Source: a virus
Lineage: Duplodnaviria; Caudoviricetes
Length of the DNA stretch: 64,000 nt
IMG/VR virus record: IMGVR_UViG_3300014019_000001
Location: 32,001 to 96,000 of that record
Reading direction: 5' to 3' (one strand)
Part shown: piece by piece, positions 55,067 to 64,000 of the stretch
Numbering within the stretch: the stretch's first letter is position 1
Layout of the letters: each line of letters begins with the position of its first letter
Made by a program: the position numbers and the translations under genes
The notes under the pieces: generated by a model
The model's database searches: none
Seen by the model: the letters and a program-made list of their open reading frames with translations, nothing else
What the model was told of the DNA's origin: nothing

Positions 55067-57010
55067 TCAGGCAGTCACCTCAGTCACGGTGGTCTTGCCG
55101 CCCTTCATCTCCACCTGGACGATGTTGGAGATCCAGTCGCGCAATGAATTGTGGGAGATGACGAACACGGAGCCGCGCTCCTTCGCCTTGTCTTCCAGGA
55201 TTTGCATCAGGCGCTCCAGGCCGGCGGGGTCGAGGGCGTCATCGATTTCGTCGCCGATGAAGAGCTCGATGGGCTTGGTGGCGCGCGTTGCGACAAGATC
55301 CTGAAGGGCAAGCGCCGCCGCGATCCGGACCTTGCGCTTCTCGCCGCCAGAAAGGCCAGCGAATGACTTGGAGCCGGACTTCTTCTCGACCTCGATGGAG
55401 AACTTCTCGCGGAGCTCGCCCTTAGCGTTCTTCACGAGGGTCGTCCAGTTGGCCGAAATGTTGCCGTCGGACAGGATCGCGAGATACTTGGCCGTCTGCT
55501 GATTGAGGAAAGGCGTCACCTCGTCGAGGATGTGGGCGCGCACGCCGGCCGGCGAGAACACCTTCGTCACCGCCTCGGCGATCTCCATCGCTTTCATGAC
55601 CTCATTCAGCTTGTCCTGGAGATCCTTTCCAGCCTTGTCGGCGGCTTCGAGCTGCTTATGGCATTCAGCGATGTTCGCTTCGAACGGATTGACTGCCGCC
55701 GAAAGCGTTTTCACGCCCTCACCAAGCGTTTTTGCAGCGATAGCGAGTTGCGCCCGTTTCTGCTTCAAAAGCTCGCCAGCGCTCAACTGTGCTTGTTTCT
55801 GCGCACGTTCCGCGCTGACCTGTGACGTGTCGGTCATCTTCGACTGAAACGCCTTGGCGGCGACCTCGGTTTCCTCAACCAGCTTCGTTGCAGCCGCGAC
55901 CTTCTTCTTCGCGTCAGCAAGCTCCATGTTGGCTTCTTCGACACGATCGCCGGCCGCTTTTTTCGCCGCGCCCAGCTCCGCCTCGGTCATAGGTCTGCCG
56001 CACTCGTCGCACGGGCAGCCGATCTTGTGCTGAACGTTGGCAAGCTCTGCCTGGAAGCGCGACAGAAGTCGGTTCGCATTGGCGACATTGTTCGTCGCCG
56101 CCACGAGCTGAGTCTGGGCCTGGGCCGCCTCCTTCACGAGCGCCGCATGCTGCTGTCCCTCCTGACTGACAGCCGCGATCTTCGCGTCGCATTCGGCTAT
56201 CGCCTTCTGGAGACCGGCGAAGTCAACGGCGCCGATCTGCGCATCAAGCACCTTGATCTGATCCACCTTATTCCGAATCTCCGACTTATCGGCGGAAATC
56301 TTGAGGCGCTGTGTGTTCGTCCAGCCGTCGCGACTTGCAATTTCCTGGGTGAGCTGATGAGTGATCCAGGCTTTCCGCTGGTCGCACTGAGCGATGGACG
56401 CGGCCACCTGATCGTATTCAGCCTTCTTCTTGCCGAGGCGCTCGCGTGCCTCCTTATAGGCTTCCTCGAGAAGGGTGACGCCGGCGGCTTCCTCGATCAG
56501 GATCTTGAGCTGCTTGTCGGTCATCGCCGGAAGGTCGGGCATCTGCTCCTGGCCGGCGTAGATCGCGCCCTTGAACACCTCGTAGGAGGCGCCAAGGATC
56601 TTGTTGACCACATCCTGGGTGAGCTTGTCCGTGCCCTTCGTCAGGTCGATGTCGAACATCTTGGTCTGATCGTTGAATTTCCTGACCTGGAGGCTGTTCT
56701 TACCGTCCTTGTGCTTGCGGTGACGCGCGATACGATAGGCGTCAGGACCGTCTTCGATCTCGACACAAGCGCGCGTGCCCTTGCCGGCGGCGTCATTGAT
56801 GACGTCATCGCCAGAGACGCCGCGCGCTGTCGTGCCGTAAAGACACCAGCACAGAGCATCCGCGAGCGAGGACTTGCCGGAGCCGTTTGAATCCGCCGAG
56901 GTGTCGTCAGCATTGATGCCCTGGATAAGGACCAAGCCTCGATCCGCAAATTTAACCTCAGCTTTGGTGATGGCGAGGAACTCCTCGACCGTCATCTTGG
57001 AGAATTTCAT
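55067..57010 (-). CDS. SbcC/Rad50 (gp46-like) recombination ATPase
   Basis: NGSGKSS, coiled coil with CPCDEC zinc hook, LSGGEK, IGDEIDDALD. Confidence 0.93.
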   Translation of the reverse strand: MKFSKMTVEEFLAITKAEVKFADRGLVLIQGINADDTSADSNGSGKSSLADALCWCLYGTTARGVSGDDVINDAAGKGTRACVEIEDGPDAYRIARHRKHKDGKNSLQVRKFNDQTKMFDIDLTKGTDKLTQDVVNKILGASYEVFKGAIYAGQEQMPDLPAMTDKQLKILIEEAAGVTLLEEAYKEARERLGKKKAEYDQVAASIAQCDQRKAWITHQLTQEIASRDGWTNTQRLKISADKSEIRNKVDQIKVLDAQIGAVDFAGLQKAIAECDAKIAAVSQEGQQHAALVKEAAQAQTQLVAATNNVANANRLLSRFQAELANVQHKIGCPCDECGRPMTEAELGAAKKAAGDRVEEANMELADAKKKVAAATKLVEETEVAAKAFQSKMTDTSQVSAERAQKQAQLSAGELLKQKRAQLAIAAKTLGEGVKTLSAAVNPFEANIAECHKQLEAADKAGKDLQDKLNEVMKAMEIAEAVTKVFSPAGVRAHILDEVTPFLNQQTAKYLAILSDGNISANWTTLVKNAKGELREKFSIEVEKKSGSKSFAGLSGGEKRKVRIAAALALQDLVATRATKPIELFIGDEIDDALDPAGLERLMQILEDKAKERGSVFVISHNSLRDWISNIVQVEMKGGKTTVTEVTA

Positions 57011-57186
57011 AACCTACTCCGGATAGATAATTTCTTCTGGGAGATCGATGTCGTAACGCAAGCGAACGGGAAGGCCAGTTTCGTTGGCTTTCTTCTGGGC
57101 TTGCTCCCGAGTATGCTGCTTGGCGATCTCCAAGCCGCGCTCTCGCATGGCTTTGAAAATCTTATCTACTTGGTCGACTGACATCG

Positions 57187-57540
57187 TTACTCCTTCGCGT
57201 TGATCGCAGCGGTCATGTTGCCAGTCGCTGCAGCCTGTTGAACGTTGGTCTGATGCGTGGGACGAGCCGCAGGGGCCTGCTTTGTCGCTGGCGCCGACGC
57301 GGCCTTCTTCGCGCTGCGAACGACGTCACGTCCACGGCCGCGATCGCCGAACTCGCGCATGTCCTGCTTGATGATCTGGACGCTGGCGGCGTCCTTCTTC
57401 CGATACATTTCGGCGGTGGGAAGCGGCAGGTCGCAGATGGTCTGCTTGATCAGCTCCGTGCGCTCGCCCGTCTTCCTTCCCTTCTCGTCGAAGGTCGAAA
57501 TCAGATGCTTGTTCTCCAGAATGACCGTGTAAAGCTGCAT
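57187..57540 (-). CDS. Hypothetical protein
   Basis: GGAGAG RBS; operator at 57551. Confidence 0.65.
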   Translation of the reverse strand: MQLYTVILENKHLISTFDEKGRKTGERTELIKQTICDLPLPTAEMYRKKDAASVQIIKQDMREFGDRGRGRDVVRSAKKAASAPATKQAPAARPTHQTNVQQAAATGNMTAAINAKE

Positions 57541-57605
57541 GTCTCTCTCCTAAGTAGCTACTGACTTAGACTAGCAGCTACACGAATGGCGTTCGGCTGG
57601 GATCG

Positions 57606-58706
57606 TCAGGCTTCTTCGTAGACGCTCTCGGCGGCCTTCAGCACGTCGGCGGCGGCCGTCTTCACGGCGTTCCGATCGATATGCTGTGGAAGCTCCATCT
57701 TGTCGCCGAATGCCGCGACCGACTGAGCAAGTGTCAGCGTCTTTCCGTTCTGGACAGCCTGCCCGGTGCGCTGGTTGATCTGCGCCGGCGGCACCTGAAT
57801 GGACGTGCCGAGCGCGCCATGCGTCTCGAAGAACGTTTTCAGGTCCTTCATGTCCTCGGCCGTCATCTGGCTGCCACGGAAGCGGATATAGTTGCCGTCG
57901 CACTGGAGCTTGATTTCATCCTCATCACGCCCGGAAACGTCGATGAACTTCGGCGCGTGGCTGTCCATGAACTTGATGTTCTGATGGTCGACCAGGAGGA
58001 AGCCCGCCTTGGTGCCGACATCGCCCCAGGTCTGGTGCGTGGTCGCGCCGATCGACACGATACCGCCGGGCATGACTTTGTGATTGTGGTAGTGGCCGGC
58101 GAAAATCCGGCGGAAGCCGAACTGCGCGAGACGCGCGTCAGAAATTCCGTGGCCGGCCGGCATGCCCGGCAGCACGCCGTCGATGCCTGCGTGAATGAAC
58201 ACGTCGATTTCATCGACGCCATTGCCAACAGCGCCGGCGAGTTTGCCGAGATCGTTCAGGAGCGCCTCGTCGTTGGAATGCCAGGGAACGAACCCCAGGT
58301 GGTAGCCATCATCCGTCGTGATCAGGCGGGGTTCGTTGATGACGGTGAAGGTTCCGTGTTCCGAGAACGTCTGGGAGAGCGTCTGGATCGCCGAACCGAG
58401 CTCCGACGTTTCCTTGCCTTTCAGGTCGTGATTGCCGGGGATCGCCAGGATCGAAACACCCGAGTCCAGGATCTTCCGGATCGCGTCCTGCGTCGGGTTC
58501 AGCACCTCCGGGTCGATCGAGCCGCGAACATGGAAGATATCGCCAGCGATGACCATCACCTTGCCGCCGGCCTTTTTCAGCTCGGCTGCCGCGCGCTCCA
58601 TTTCGCTGAGGATGATACCGAGACGATTATTTACCCCGTCGCTCCGGACATGCGAAAACAGGGACCAGTTATGGGCGTGCAGGTCGGACAGGACTGCAAA
58701 AGTCAT
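57606..58706 (-). CDS. SbcD/Mre11 (gp47-like) nuclease
   Basis: SDLH, AGDIF, PGNHD, GHYH. Confidence 0.92.
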   Translation of the reverse strand: MTFAVLSDLHAHNWSLFSHVRSDGVNNRLGIILSEMERAAAELKKAGGKVMVIAGDIFHVRGSIDPEVLNPTQDAIRKILDSGVSILAIPGNHDLKGKETSELGSAIQTLSQTFSEHGTFTVINEPRLITTDDGYHLGFVPWHSNDEALLNDLGKLAGAVGNGVDEIDVFIHAGIDGVLPGMPAGHGISDARLAQFGFRRIFAGHYHNHKVMPGGIVSIGATTHQTWGDVGTKAGFLLVDHQNIKFMDSHAPKFIDVSGRDEDEIKLQCDGNYIRFRGSQMTAEDMKDLKTFFETHGALGTSIQVPPAQINQRTGQAVQNGKTLTLAQSVAAFGDKMELPQHIDRNAVKTAAADVLKAAESVYEEA

Positions 58707-58770
58707 TTCTCTCTCCAGATGCTCTAAGCGCTTACTTACGTTATAGCGCTTAGAGCGAGGGTTGTTGCGG

Positions 58771-59727
58771 CTACTTCAAGGAGTTCTTGAAATTGTCGAT
58801 ATTGGTCAGGTTCGGCCGGCGCTTGAGCGTGACACTGCCCTTCTCAACCGCCTTCAGCATGTAACTGATAATCCGGTGCATCGCCTTCTGGGCGTCACCG
58901 TTGCCGGTCCCGAATTTGCCGTTCCACGTCGCCGAGTTGTTCTCGTCGCCATTCACGCCGCAGCGCAGATAGGTGTCGAGATAGAAATGAGCATTACCCT
59001 CGCCGTTGTTGAAGACGATCCCGGTCTTGTTATTGTAGGCCTCGATCATCTTCTGCGTGGAGACACCCATGTCACGGCGGAGCATGAGCAAGGCACTCGC
59101 CAGGAACGGAACCTTGAAGCGAGCCTGGACCGGGCTCATCTTATCGAGAGCCTTCAGCTCGGCGCAGAAGAATTTGATCTGGGCATCGCGATCATTCTTA
59201 CCGGGAGCGCCGCTGACATAGGAGCAGGCGAGTGTCAGCGCTTCGCCGAAACTGCCCTTTGCCAGCCAATCAGTCTGAAGATTGATGTCGGCGGCGTTCA
59301 TGAGGCCCTGAATGGTATCAGGTGAAGTCTTCACCGAACGCCGACTGTCGTGGCTGTTGTAGAGCCGCTCGGACTCAGTTTTCAGGCTGATTTTCGGGTC
59401 GAGGAGGTCGTAGACGATCACGAAGAGCGTAGTCAGTCCGCTCATCTTGCGCCCGATCAGGTATGCGCGCGTATGCCCGTCGATCTTGACCGAATTTCCA
59501 TGCACGTCGCGCGCCATAAAGACGACGCCGTGTTCCGGACGAAGGTCATTCAGATGAAGCGTGTTACGAAGACTTTCATTGCGCTGGATCGAATTGCGCG
59601 GAACCTGCTCCCACTCTGCCGCCGTCATGATCTCGGCGGAGATACGCACATTCTCGATGATCACGGATGTCGCCGGAACGATCGGCGACACGAGCTTCGG
59701 GGAAGAAGTGCGAAGTGCCTGTGCCAT
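58771..59727 (-). CDS. Hypothetical protein with a ParB-like IDGHTR motif
   Basis: IQRN...KIDGHTRA; lower GC than its flanks; own promoter and operator. Confidence 0.6.
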   Translation of the reverse strand: MAQALRTSSPKLVSPIVPATSVIIENVRISAEIMTAAEWEQVPRNSIQRNESLRNTLHLNDLRPEHGVVFMARDVHGNSVKIDGHTRAYLIGRKMSGLTTLFVIVYDLLDPKISLKTESERLYNSHDSRRSVKTSPDTIQGLMNAADINLQTDWLAKGSFGEALTLACSYVSGAPGKNDRDAQIKFFCAELKALDKMSPVQARFKVPFLASALLMLRRDMGVSTQKMIEAYNNKTGIVFNNGEGNAHFYLDTYLRCGVNGDENNSATWNGKFGTGNGDAQKAMHRIISYMLKAVEKGSVTLKRRPNLTNIDNFKNSLK

Positions 59728-59803
59728 ATGTCTATCTCTCTTTCTCGCTAATGCATTGATTACTTACGTATAACGCGAAAGAAAAAGGACTTCGGCTGGA
59801 TAG

Positions 59804-60247
59804 TTAAGGACGCGCGACGGCAGCTTTGCGCTTGAACTCCTTCAGGGGCAAATAGCGCTGGAGCGCGCCGCCACGGCTCTCGTAGTTCATGATCCGGGCG
59901 TGGCTGGTGTCGAAGAACTTGTCGATCGGGGCAAGCCAAATATCGTCCGATTCCTTGCACAGAACGCCGACGACCTTGATGCCTTCCACCCGTCGATCCC
60001 GGAGAGTTTCCTCATCGATCGCCCAGGCGGCCACTCCTTCGCGAATGGCCTCGGAGATGTTCTTTTTACCCGCCCGGAAAATCTCTCCGAGCCGGCGATA
60101 CGCGAGATAGACCTGGGTGCCGTTAGGCAAGGTGTAGACGGCTCCGTAGAGCCGCCGGCCCTTCTTGACGAGCCGCTTGGGCAGCTTGTCCATCTGCTTC
60201 CGCAAGGTTGGCGGTTTGCGCGCCACTTTCAAATCCTTTCCACTCAA
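59804..60247 (-). CDS. Conserved phage hypothetical protein
   Basis: Basic 147-aa ORF; exact start uncertain. Confidence 0.6.
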   Translation of the reverse strand: MSGKDLKVARKPPTLRKQMDKLPKRLVKKGRRLYGAVYTLPNGTQVYLAYRRLGEIFRAGKKNISEAIREGVAAWAIDEETLRDRRVEGIKVVGVLCKESDDIWLAPIDKFFDTSHARIMNYESRGGALQRYLPLKEFKRKAAVARP

Positions 60248-60653
60248 ATAGCCCCTGTTTTCCCTGAATAGGGATCGGATGCTCCAGCACTTCCGGCCGC
60301 ATCATCCGCCAGGCGTAATTTCCAATCGAGAACCAGCCGTAGGAACGCTCTTCCTCGGTGATGTCCTCCAGAAACTCCTCAGTGACGACCTCGAAGCTGT
60401 CCAAGATCACCGTGCCGAGGAGGTAGCCTCTCGGCAGTTCTTCGAGAGGCGGCAGACCGGTCATCGCGTAGTAGCGCTGCATCAGTGGATCGGCGGCTGC
60501 GTTGCGCTGGTCCGGGGTGATGCTCTTGGTCGACGCGATCCCGATCCGCTGACCGATTGCAGACTTGGGCGGCGCCCAGGTCCTCGTTTCGAAGATTTTG
60601 AAGCCGTGGACCACAAGTGAGGTCCACGGCTGCCAGATAGAGATTACCTTCAT
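60123..60653 (-). CDS. ASCH-domain protein
   Basis: ISIWQPWTSLVVHGFKIFETRTW (GxKxxExR) and PIPIQGKQGLF; start trimmed. Confidence 0.85.
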   Translation of the reverse strand: MKVISIWQPWTSLVVHGFKIFETRTWAPPKSAIGQRIGIASTKSITPDQRNAAADPLMQRYYAMTGLPPLEELPRGYLLGTVILDSFEVVTEEFLEDITEEERSYGWFSIGNYAWRMMRPEVLEHPIPIQGKQGLFEWKGFESGAQTANLAEADGQAAQAARQEGPAALRSRLHLA

Positions 60654-60726
60654 ATCGACCCCGTGATTTGCTGATTGAGCTATAGCAAGAACGGAGTCGG
60701 GATGAATCCCCTGGAAAGGGAAATCG

Positions 60727-60939
60727 CTAGTCGGATACCTCCGCGAGGATCTCCACCTCACCGACCTTCAGATCACGAACCGGAAGGTCTTTGATCGCCT
60801 CCGACCACTCGATCAGTTCCGCCGGGGTCTGGAGCGCGATTTCTCGCGCTTCTTCCTCGGTCGCAGCCTCGACGTTGAGCGTGGCGTGCTGGATCTGCTC
60901 GATGCGTCGGACAAGGACGATCTCGTAAAGCTGCTTCAT
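60727..60939 (-). CDS. Hypothetical protein
   Basis: VEAATEEEAREIA motif; coupled to recA. Confidence 0.6.
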   Translation of the reverse strand: MKQLYEIVLVRRIEQIQHATLNVEAATEEEAREIALQTPAELIEWSEAIKDLPVRDLKVGEVEILAEVSD

Positions 60940-62066
60940 GCCGCTTCCTTGACGTCATCCTCCTCGGGCGCGTCGGTCGAGATATCGACTTCGGCGACCA
61001 CCGGCGGTTCGTATTCCGGCGGCAAGAGAGCCGTCAGCTTCTTGAAGCCGCTTTCGCCTTCAGCTTCGATTTGGCGAGCAAGCGCCTCGCGGCCGATCTG
61101 TTTGCCTTCCCAGAGGACGTGGCCGGCCTTGACGTTCTTGTCGTTGCCCTTCTCGTCCTTGTAGGTCGTCGGCAGCAGCCCCTGTTCGTTGAGGAACTCG
61201 ACCAGGCTGCGCTCACGGTCGAAGCGACCAGTGCCGTCCTGCTGGAACATAAAGCGCCAGGAGGCAGTCTGGAACGGCCGATTGACCTTGTTCTTCCGGA
61301 AGCCGCCGGTCACTTCCATACCGATGACGTCCTTGCCGAGCTTGATCTGCGAGGCCGACAGCCACAGGCGCTGCGAGAAGTAGAACTCGGGCGCGTCGCC
61401 GCCGGTCGTCTTGCGCGGATCGCCGAACGTGACGCCGATCTTGTTGCGCATCTGGTTGAGGAAGATCGAGCAGACGCCGTAGTCCTCGGAGATCTGCGCG
61501 ACCGACGGGAAGTGCGTGGAGGTGCAGACGGCCAGCTCCAGCTTGTCGCGCATGTTGCGCTTGTCGATTTCACGCAGATTGCCCTTGTCGTCGTAGAGGA
61601 GGGCATGCGGCGTCATAGCGGCGAGCGAGTCCCAAACCCAGCAGATCGGCGCATCCTTCGGGATCAGTTTCTTCTCGCGGATCGTGCGCACGGCCTGGGC
61701 GAAGATGGCGATCGACTGTTCGAAGGTCTCGGGCTTGCGATAGACGAGGCGGCCGGGGGTCGTGTCGAGGCCGAGACGCGGCGCCAGCTTCAGCGAGAAG
61801 GAGCGCTCGTGGTCCATGAAGCCGGCGATGCCGCCGAGCTCCTGCGCGGCTGCCATGGCGCGCGTCGCGATGGCAGTCTTGCCGGAGGAGGGCGGGCCGG
61901 CGATTTCGATCATGCGACCGACCGGGAAGCAGCCCGTCCAGGAATTCGACGATGCGTTGTTCAGGGGCGGGAAGCCGCTGTCGAGCCAGTGCTTGACCGT
62001 TGCCTCCTCATCGTTGTCGCCGATGACGCCAAAGAGAGTTTTGGCGATGTCACTTGCAGAAGCCAT
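60936..62066 (-). CDS. recA: RecA/UvsX-like recombinase
   Basis: PVGRMIEIAGPPSSGKT, WDSLAA, FLNQMR.KIGV.FGDP..TTGG, KNKV. Confidence 0.92.
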   Translation of the reverse strand: MASASDIAKTLFGVIGDNDEEATVKHWLDSGFPPLNNASSNSWTGCFPVGRMIEIAGPPSSGKTAIATRAMAAAQELGGIAGFMDHERSFSLKLAPRLGLDTTPGRLVYRKPETFEQSIAIFAQAVRTIREKKLIPKDAPICWVWDSLAAMTPHALLYDDKGNLREIDKRNMRDKLELAVCTSTHFPSVAQISEDYGVCSIFLNQMRNKIGVTFGDPRKTTGGDAPEFYFSQRLWLSASQIKLGKDVIGMEVTGGFRKNKVNRPFQTASWRFMFQQDGTGRFDRERSLVEFLNEQGLLPTTYKDEKGNDKNVKAGHVLWEGKQIGREALARQIEAEGESGFKKLTALLPPEYEPPVVAEVDISTDAPEEDDVKEAA

Positions 62067-62082
62067 TTGCTTTCCTTCCTGC

Positions 62083-62499
62083 TTACGAGTCTACGAAATC
62101 CACATCTTCATCTGCCGCAACGAGGGCAGGCTTCGGCTTTCCTTGTCCGACGAGACGCTCACGAACAGGCGGCGCAGCGGGACGCGCCGCTGGTGCCTGG
62201 TATTCCTTGTCGAGCGAGAAGCCGCCGTTCGCCGCAAGCGCAGTGCGCAGGGACAGTTCCGCCTTGCTACGGCTGTCGCTCTGCACGGTCGCAAGGAAGT
62301 TGAAGGTCTTGGCGATGTCGGTCTCTTCGACGCTGCTGCTGCCTTCGATCAGGCGAACCAGATCGTGATAGGCACGAGCGACCTTGCCAACGGCCGCTTC
62401 GAGCTTGGCCCGGTCAGGCTGCTTGGTAGTTTCGGATGTCATCGAGATAAGCCTCCGGAATCCAGAGATTGCAGGTATTGAGCGCACCCTTGCGCTCAC
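62083..62499 (-). CDS. Hypothetical protein
   Basis: True start is probably MTSET (about 62442). Confidence 0.55.
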   Translation of the reverse strand: MSARVRSIPAISGFRRLISMTSETTKQPDRAKLEAAVGKVARAYHDLVRLIEGSSSVEETDIAKTFNFLATVQSDSRSKAELSLRTALAANGGFSLDKEYQAPAARPAAPPVRERLVGQGKPKPALVAADEDVDFVDS

Positions 62500-62752
62500 G
62501 CTTTTCGTTCAGAGCCTTCATAACCTCCGCCCAGTTGACGTCGTTCATGCTGGCGAGGCTCATCAGGCACTCCAGAACGTCGGCGTATTCCTCCGGATTG
62601 GAGATATCGCGGGCGATCTCCTCAGCTTCCGAATGAAGCTTGGCGACGAGCAAAGCGGTCGCGACAGCCGGCGAGACGGCGAGGTTCAGCTCCGTGATGC
62701 CTGGACGCGGGACCATCTTGTCCCGGACAAGCTGCGGAATTCGCGTTTTCAT
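62414..62752 (-). CDS. MazG-like nucleotide pyrophosphohydrolase
   Basis: LVRDK..KL.SE..E..EEYADVLE..KRERKG. Confidence 0.75.
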   Translation of the reverse strand: MKTRIPQLVRDKMVPRPGITELNLAVSPAVATALLVAKLHSEAEEIARDISNPEEYADVLECLMSLASMNDVNWAEVMKALNEKRERKGALNTCNLWIPEAYLDDIRNYQAA

Positions 62753-63699
62753 GCTGCCTCCTGCATGATTGCCTGGTAGGCCGGGAAGACCGACGACCAG
62801 TTTTCGAGATCTTGGGTGAGGGATCGGAACAGCAGCCGGTCGCAGAACGCGCGCAGCTTGTTGATGTCCGGCTCACCCTTGGTGACGCGCAGATTGATGG
62901 GCGCCGGACGATGCGGCGTCTTGAGATCCATCAGCTTGATGTTGGAGGCGAAGGCGATCGCCTTGCTCTCATCCTCGACGAGCGCGCGATATTTCTTCGG
63001 CAGCTTGGCGACATCGACGGTCTTTTCGAGAATGCACTGGTTGGTGAAGCTGGCGAACGAGCCATAGGTCTGAAGGAACTCTTTCGCGCCCTTCTCACCG
63101 ATACCGCCGACGCCCGGAATGTTGTCGCCCAGGTCGCCCATCAGCGCCTTCATTTCGATGAACTGATGCACGTCCTTGACGCCGTATTTCTCCGGCAGCA
63201 TCGAAGGTGTCATCTTCCGATCGTTGATCGGGTCGAACCATGTGACGTTGGGGCTGATAAGCTGAATCCAGTCCCGGTCGGCCGAGACGAGGATGATCTT
63301 GTCGCCACGAGGCTCAAAGCGCTGCACCATGATGCCGGCGAGGTCGTCGGCCTCCATGTTCGCTGCGCGCACCTGATTGATCCCGAGGAGCTGAATGCCG
63401 ATCTCGATCAGGCGCGCCTGCTTCTTGAGCTGTTCCTTCTGCGCTTTCAGCGCGGCAGCCGCCGGCGTGTCGTCCTTGTCGCGATTGGCCTTATATTCCG
63501 GGTATTCGATCTTGCGCCAGGAGGCGCCGTCCCAGAGGACGGAGGGGGTGTAGAGATTGCCGTAGACCGCCATCAGCCGGCGGAGGGTGCGCATCATGCC
63601 GAAGACGGCCTGAACCTGCGTCTGGCCGACGGTGAGCGTCGTGCCGGCATTTGCAGCATGCGCGATTGAATTGCCATCAATGAGGAGGTGACTAGCCAT
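62749..63699 (-). CDS. 5'-3' exonuclease (FEN/T4 RNase H-like)
   Basis: LLIDGNS, YKANR, EADD, SADRDW, GDLGDNIPGVGGIGEK. Confidence 0.93.
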   Translation of the reverse strand: MASHLLIDGNSIAHAANAGTTLTVGQTQVQAVFGMMRTLRRLMAVYGNLYTPSVLWDGASWRKIEYPEYKANRDKDDTPAAAALKAQKEQLKKQARLIEIGIQLLGINQVRAANMEADDLAGIMVQRFEPRGDKIILVSADRDWIQLISPNVTWFDPINDRKMTPSMLPEKYGVKDVHQFIEMKALMGDLGDNIPGVGGIGEKGAKEFLQTYGSFASFTNQCILEKTVDVAKLPKKYRALVEDESKAIAFASNIKLMDLKTPHRPAPINLRVTKGEPDINKLRAFCDRLLFRSLTQDLENWSSVFPAYQAIMQEAA

Positions 63700-63719
63700 T
63701 TTCGACCTTTCGAAATGAG

Positions 63720-63826
63720 AGCGGCGGCACGCGAACCAGGAACGTGCCGCCGCTTGTGCTGACCCTCTATTGCGGCGAGAGGGTCAGCAGCGCAGCGCCC
63801 GAGGGGGCAGGGAGGCGCTGCGCGCT
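63720..63826. terminator. Three consecutive hairpins
   Basis: GCGGCGGCACG/CGTGCCGCCGC, GCTGACCCTCT/AGAGGGTCAGC, GCGCAGCGCC/GGCGCTGCGC. Confidence 0.6.
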
Positions 63827-63831
63827 ACTCG

Positions 63832-64000
63832 TCAGACGATCAGGCCGTCGAGCTCGGCGAGAACGTCATCCACCTCGGCCGAAGACAGAGCGTCATTCTG
63901 TGCGGGAGCCGCCGTCGCAGCAGCCTGGGCCGGCTGTGCAGCGGGTTCAGCCGGAGCGGCTTCCTCGACAGCAGCGACGGCTGCTTCAAGCTCGGCGTCC
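63832..64000 (-). CDS. C-terminus of an acidic-tailed protein, possibly SSB (partial)
   Basis: ..AELEAAVAAVEEAAPAEP..SSAEVDDVLAELDGLIV*. Confidence 0.5.
   Translation of the reverse strand, partial: DAELEAAVAAVEEAAPAEPAAQPAQAAATAAPAQNDALSSAEVDDVLAELDGLIV

Overview
This is a 64 kb segment of a large temperate phage, most likely a phage-plasmid (ParA plus a small RHH partner, a Phd/Doc-type addiction module, no integrase seen). An alphaproteobacterial, probably Rhizobiales, host is inferred from a GAAC-N7-GAAC SOS box, an alpha-type tRNA-fMet and high GC. Left part: a probable terminase small subunit, a putative DNA-modification operon (two ParB-N proteins, ABC ATPase, GNAT acetyltransferase, HAD, DUF2829/Tad2), an SF2 helicase, a kinase, parA, an Acb2-like sponge and two tRNAs. 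Middle: a control region (about 10.3-14.4 kb), many short leftward ORFs, a ~700-nt structured ncRNA followed by an odd long-variable-arm tRNA-Cys, an NAD+ salvage pair (NadM-Nudix, NadV) and an S24 repressor. Right part: nucleotide metabolism and recombination genes (DnaQ-like, HNHs, HD, rIIB/rIIA, dUTPase, ThyA, glutaredoxin, class II RNR, RuvC, SbcCD, ASCH, RecA, MazG-like, 5'-3' exonuclease). The most striking signal is an ~810-bp island (10513-11326) with no GG dinucleotide on the + strand and very few CC. It holds a sigma70 promoter, a long leader and a 191-aa protein with no Gly, Pro or Trp, which is a paralog of a normal-composition gene 1 kb away. Many other promoters belong to a phage-specific class (AACCC-N13/14-TATA) with GG/CC-poor surroundings and an 18-bp palindromic operator. 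Together with the GNAT/ABC/ParB operon, this suggests an undescribed CC/GG DNA-modification system coupled to the early transcription switch (inference). All counts and alignments were done by eye; no database searches were run.
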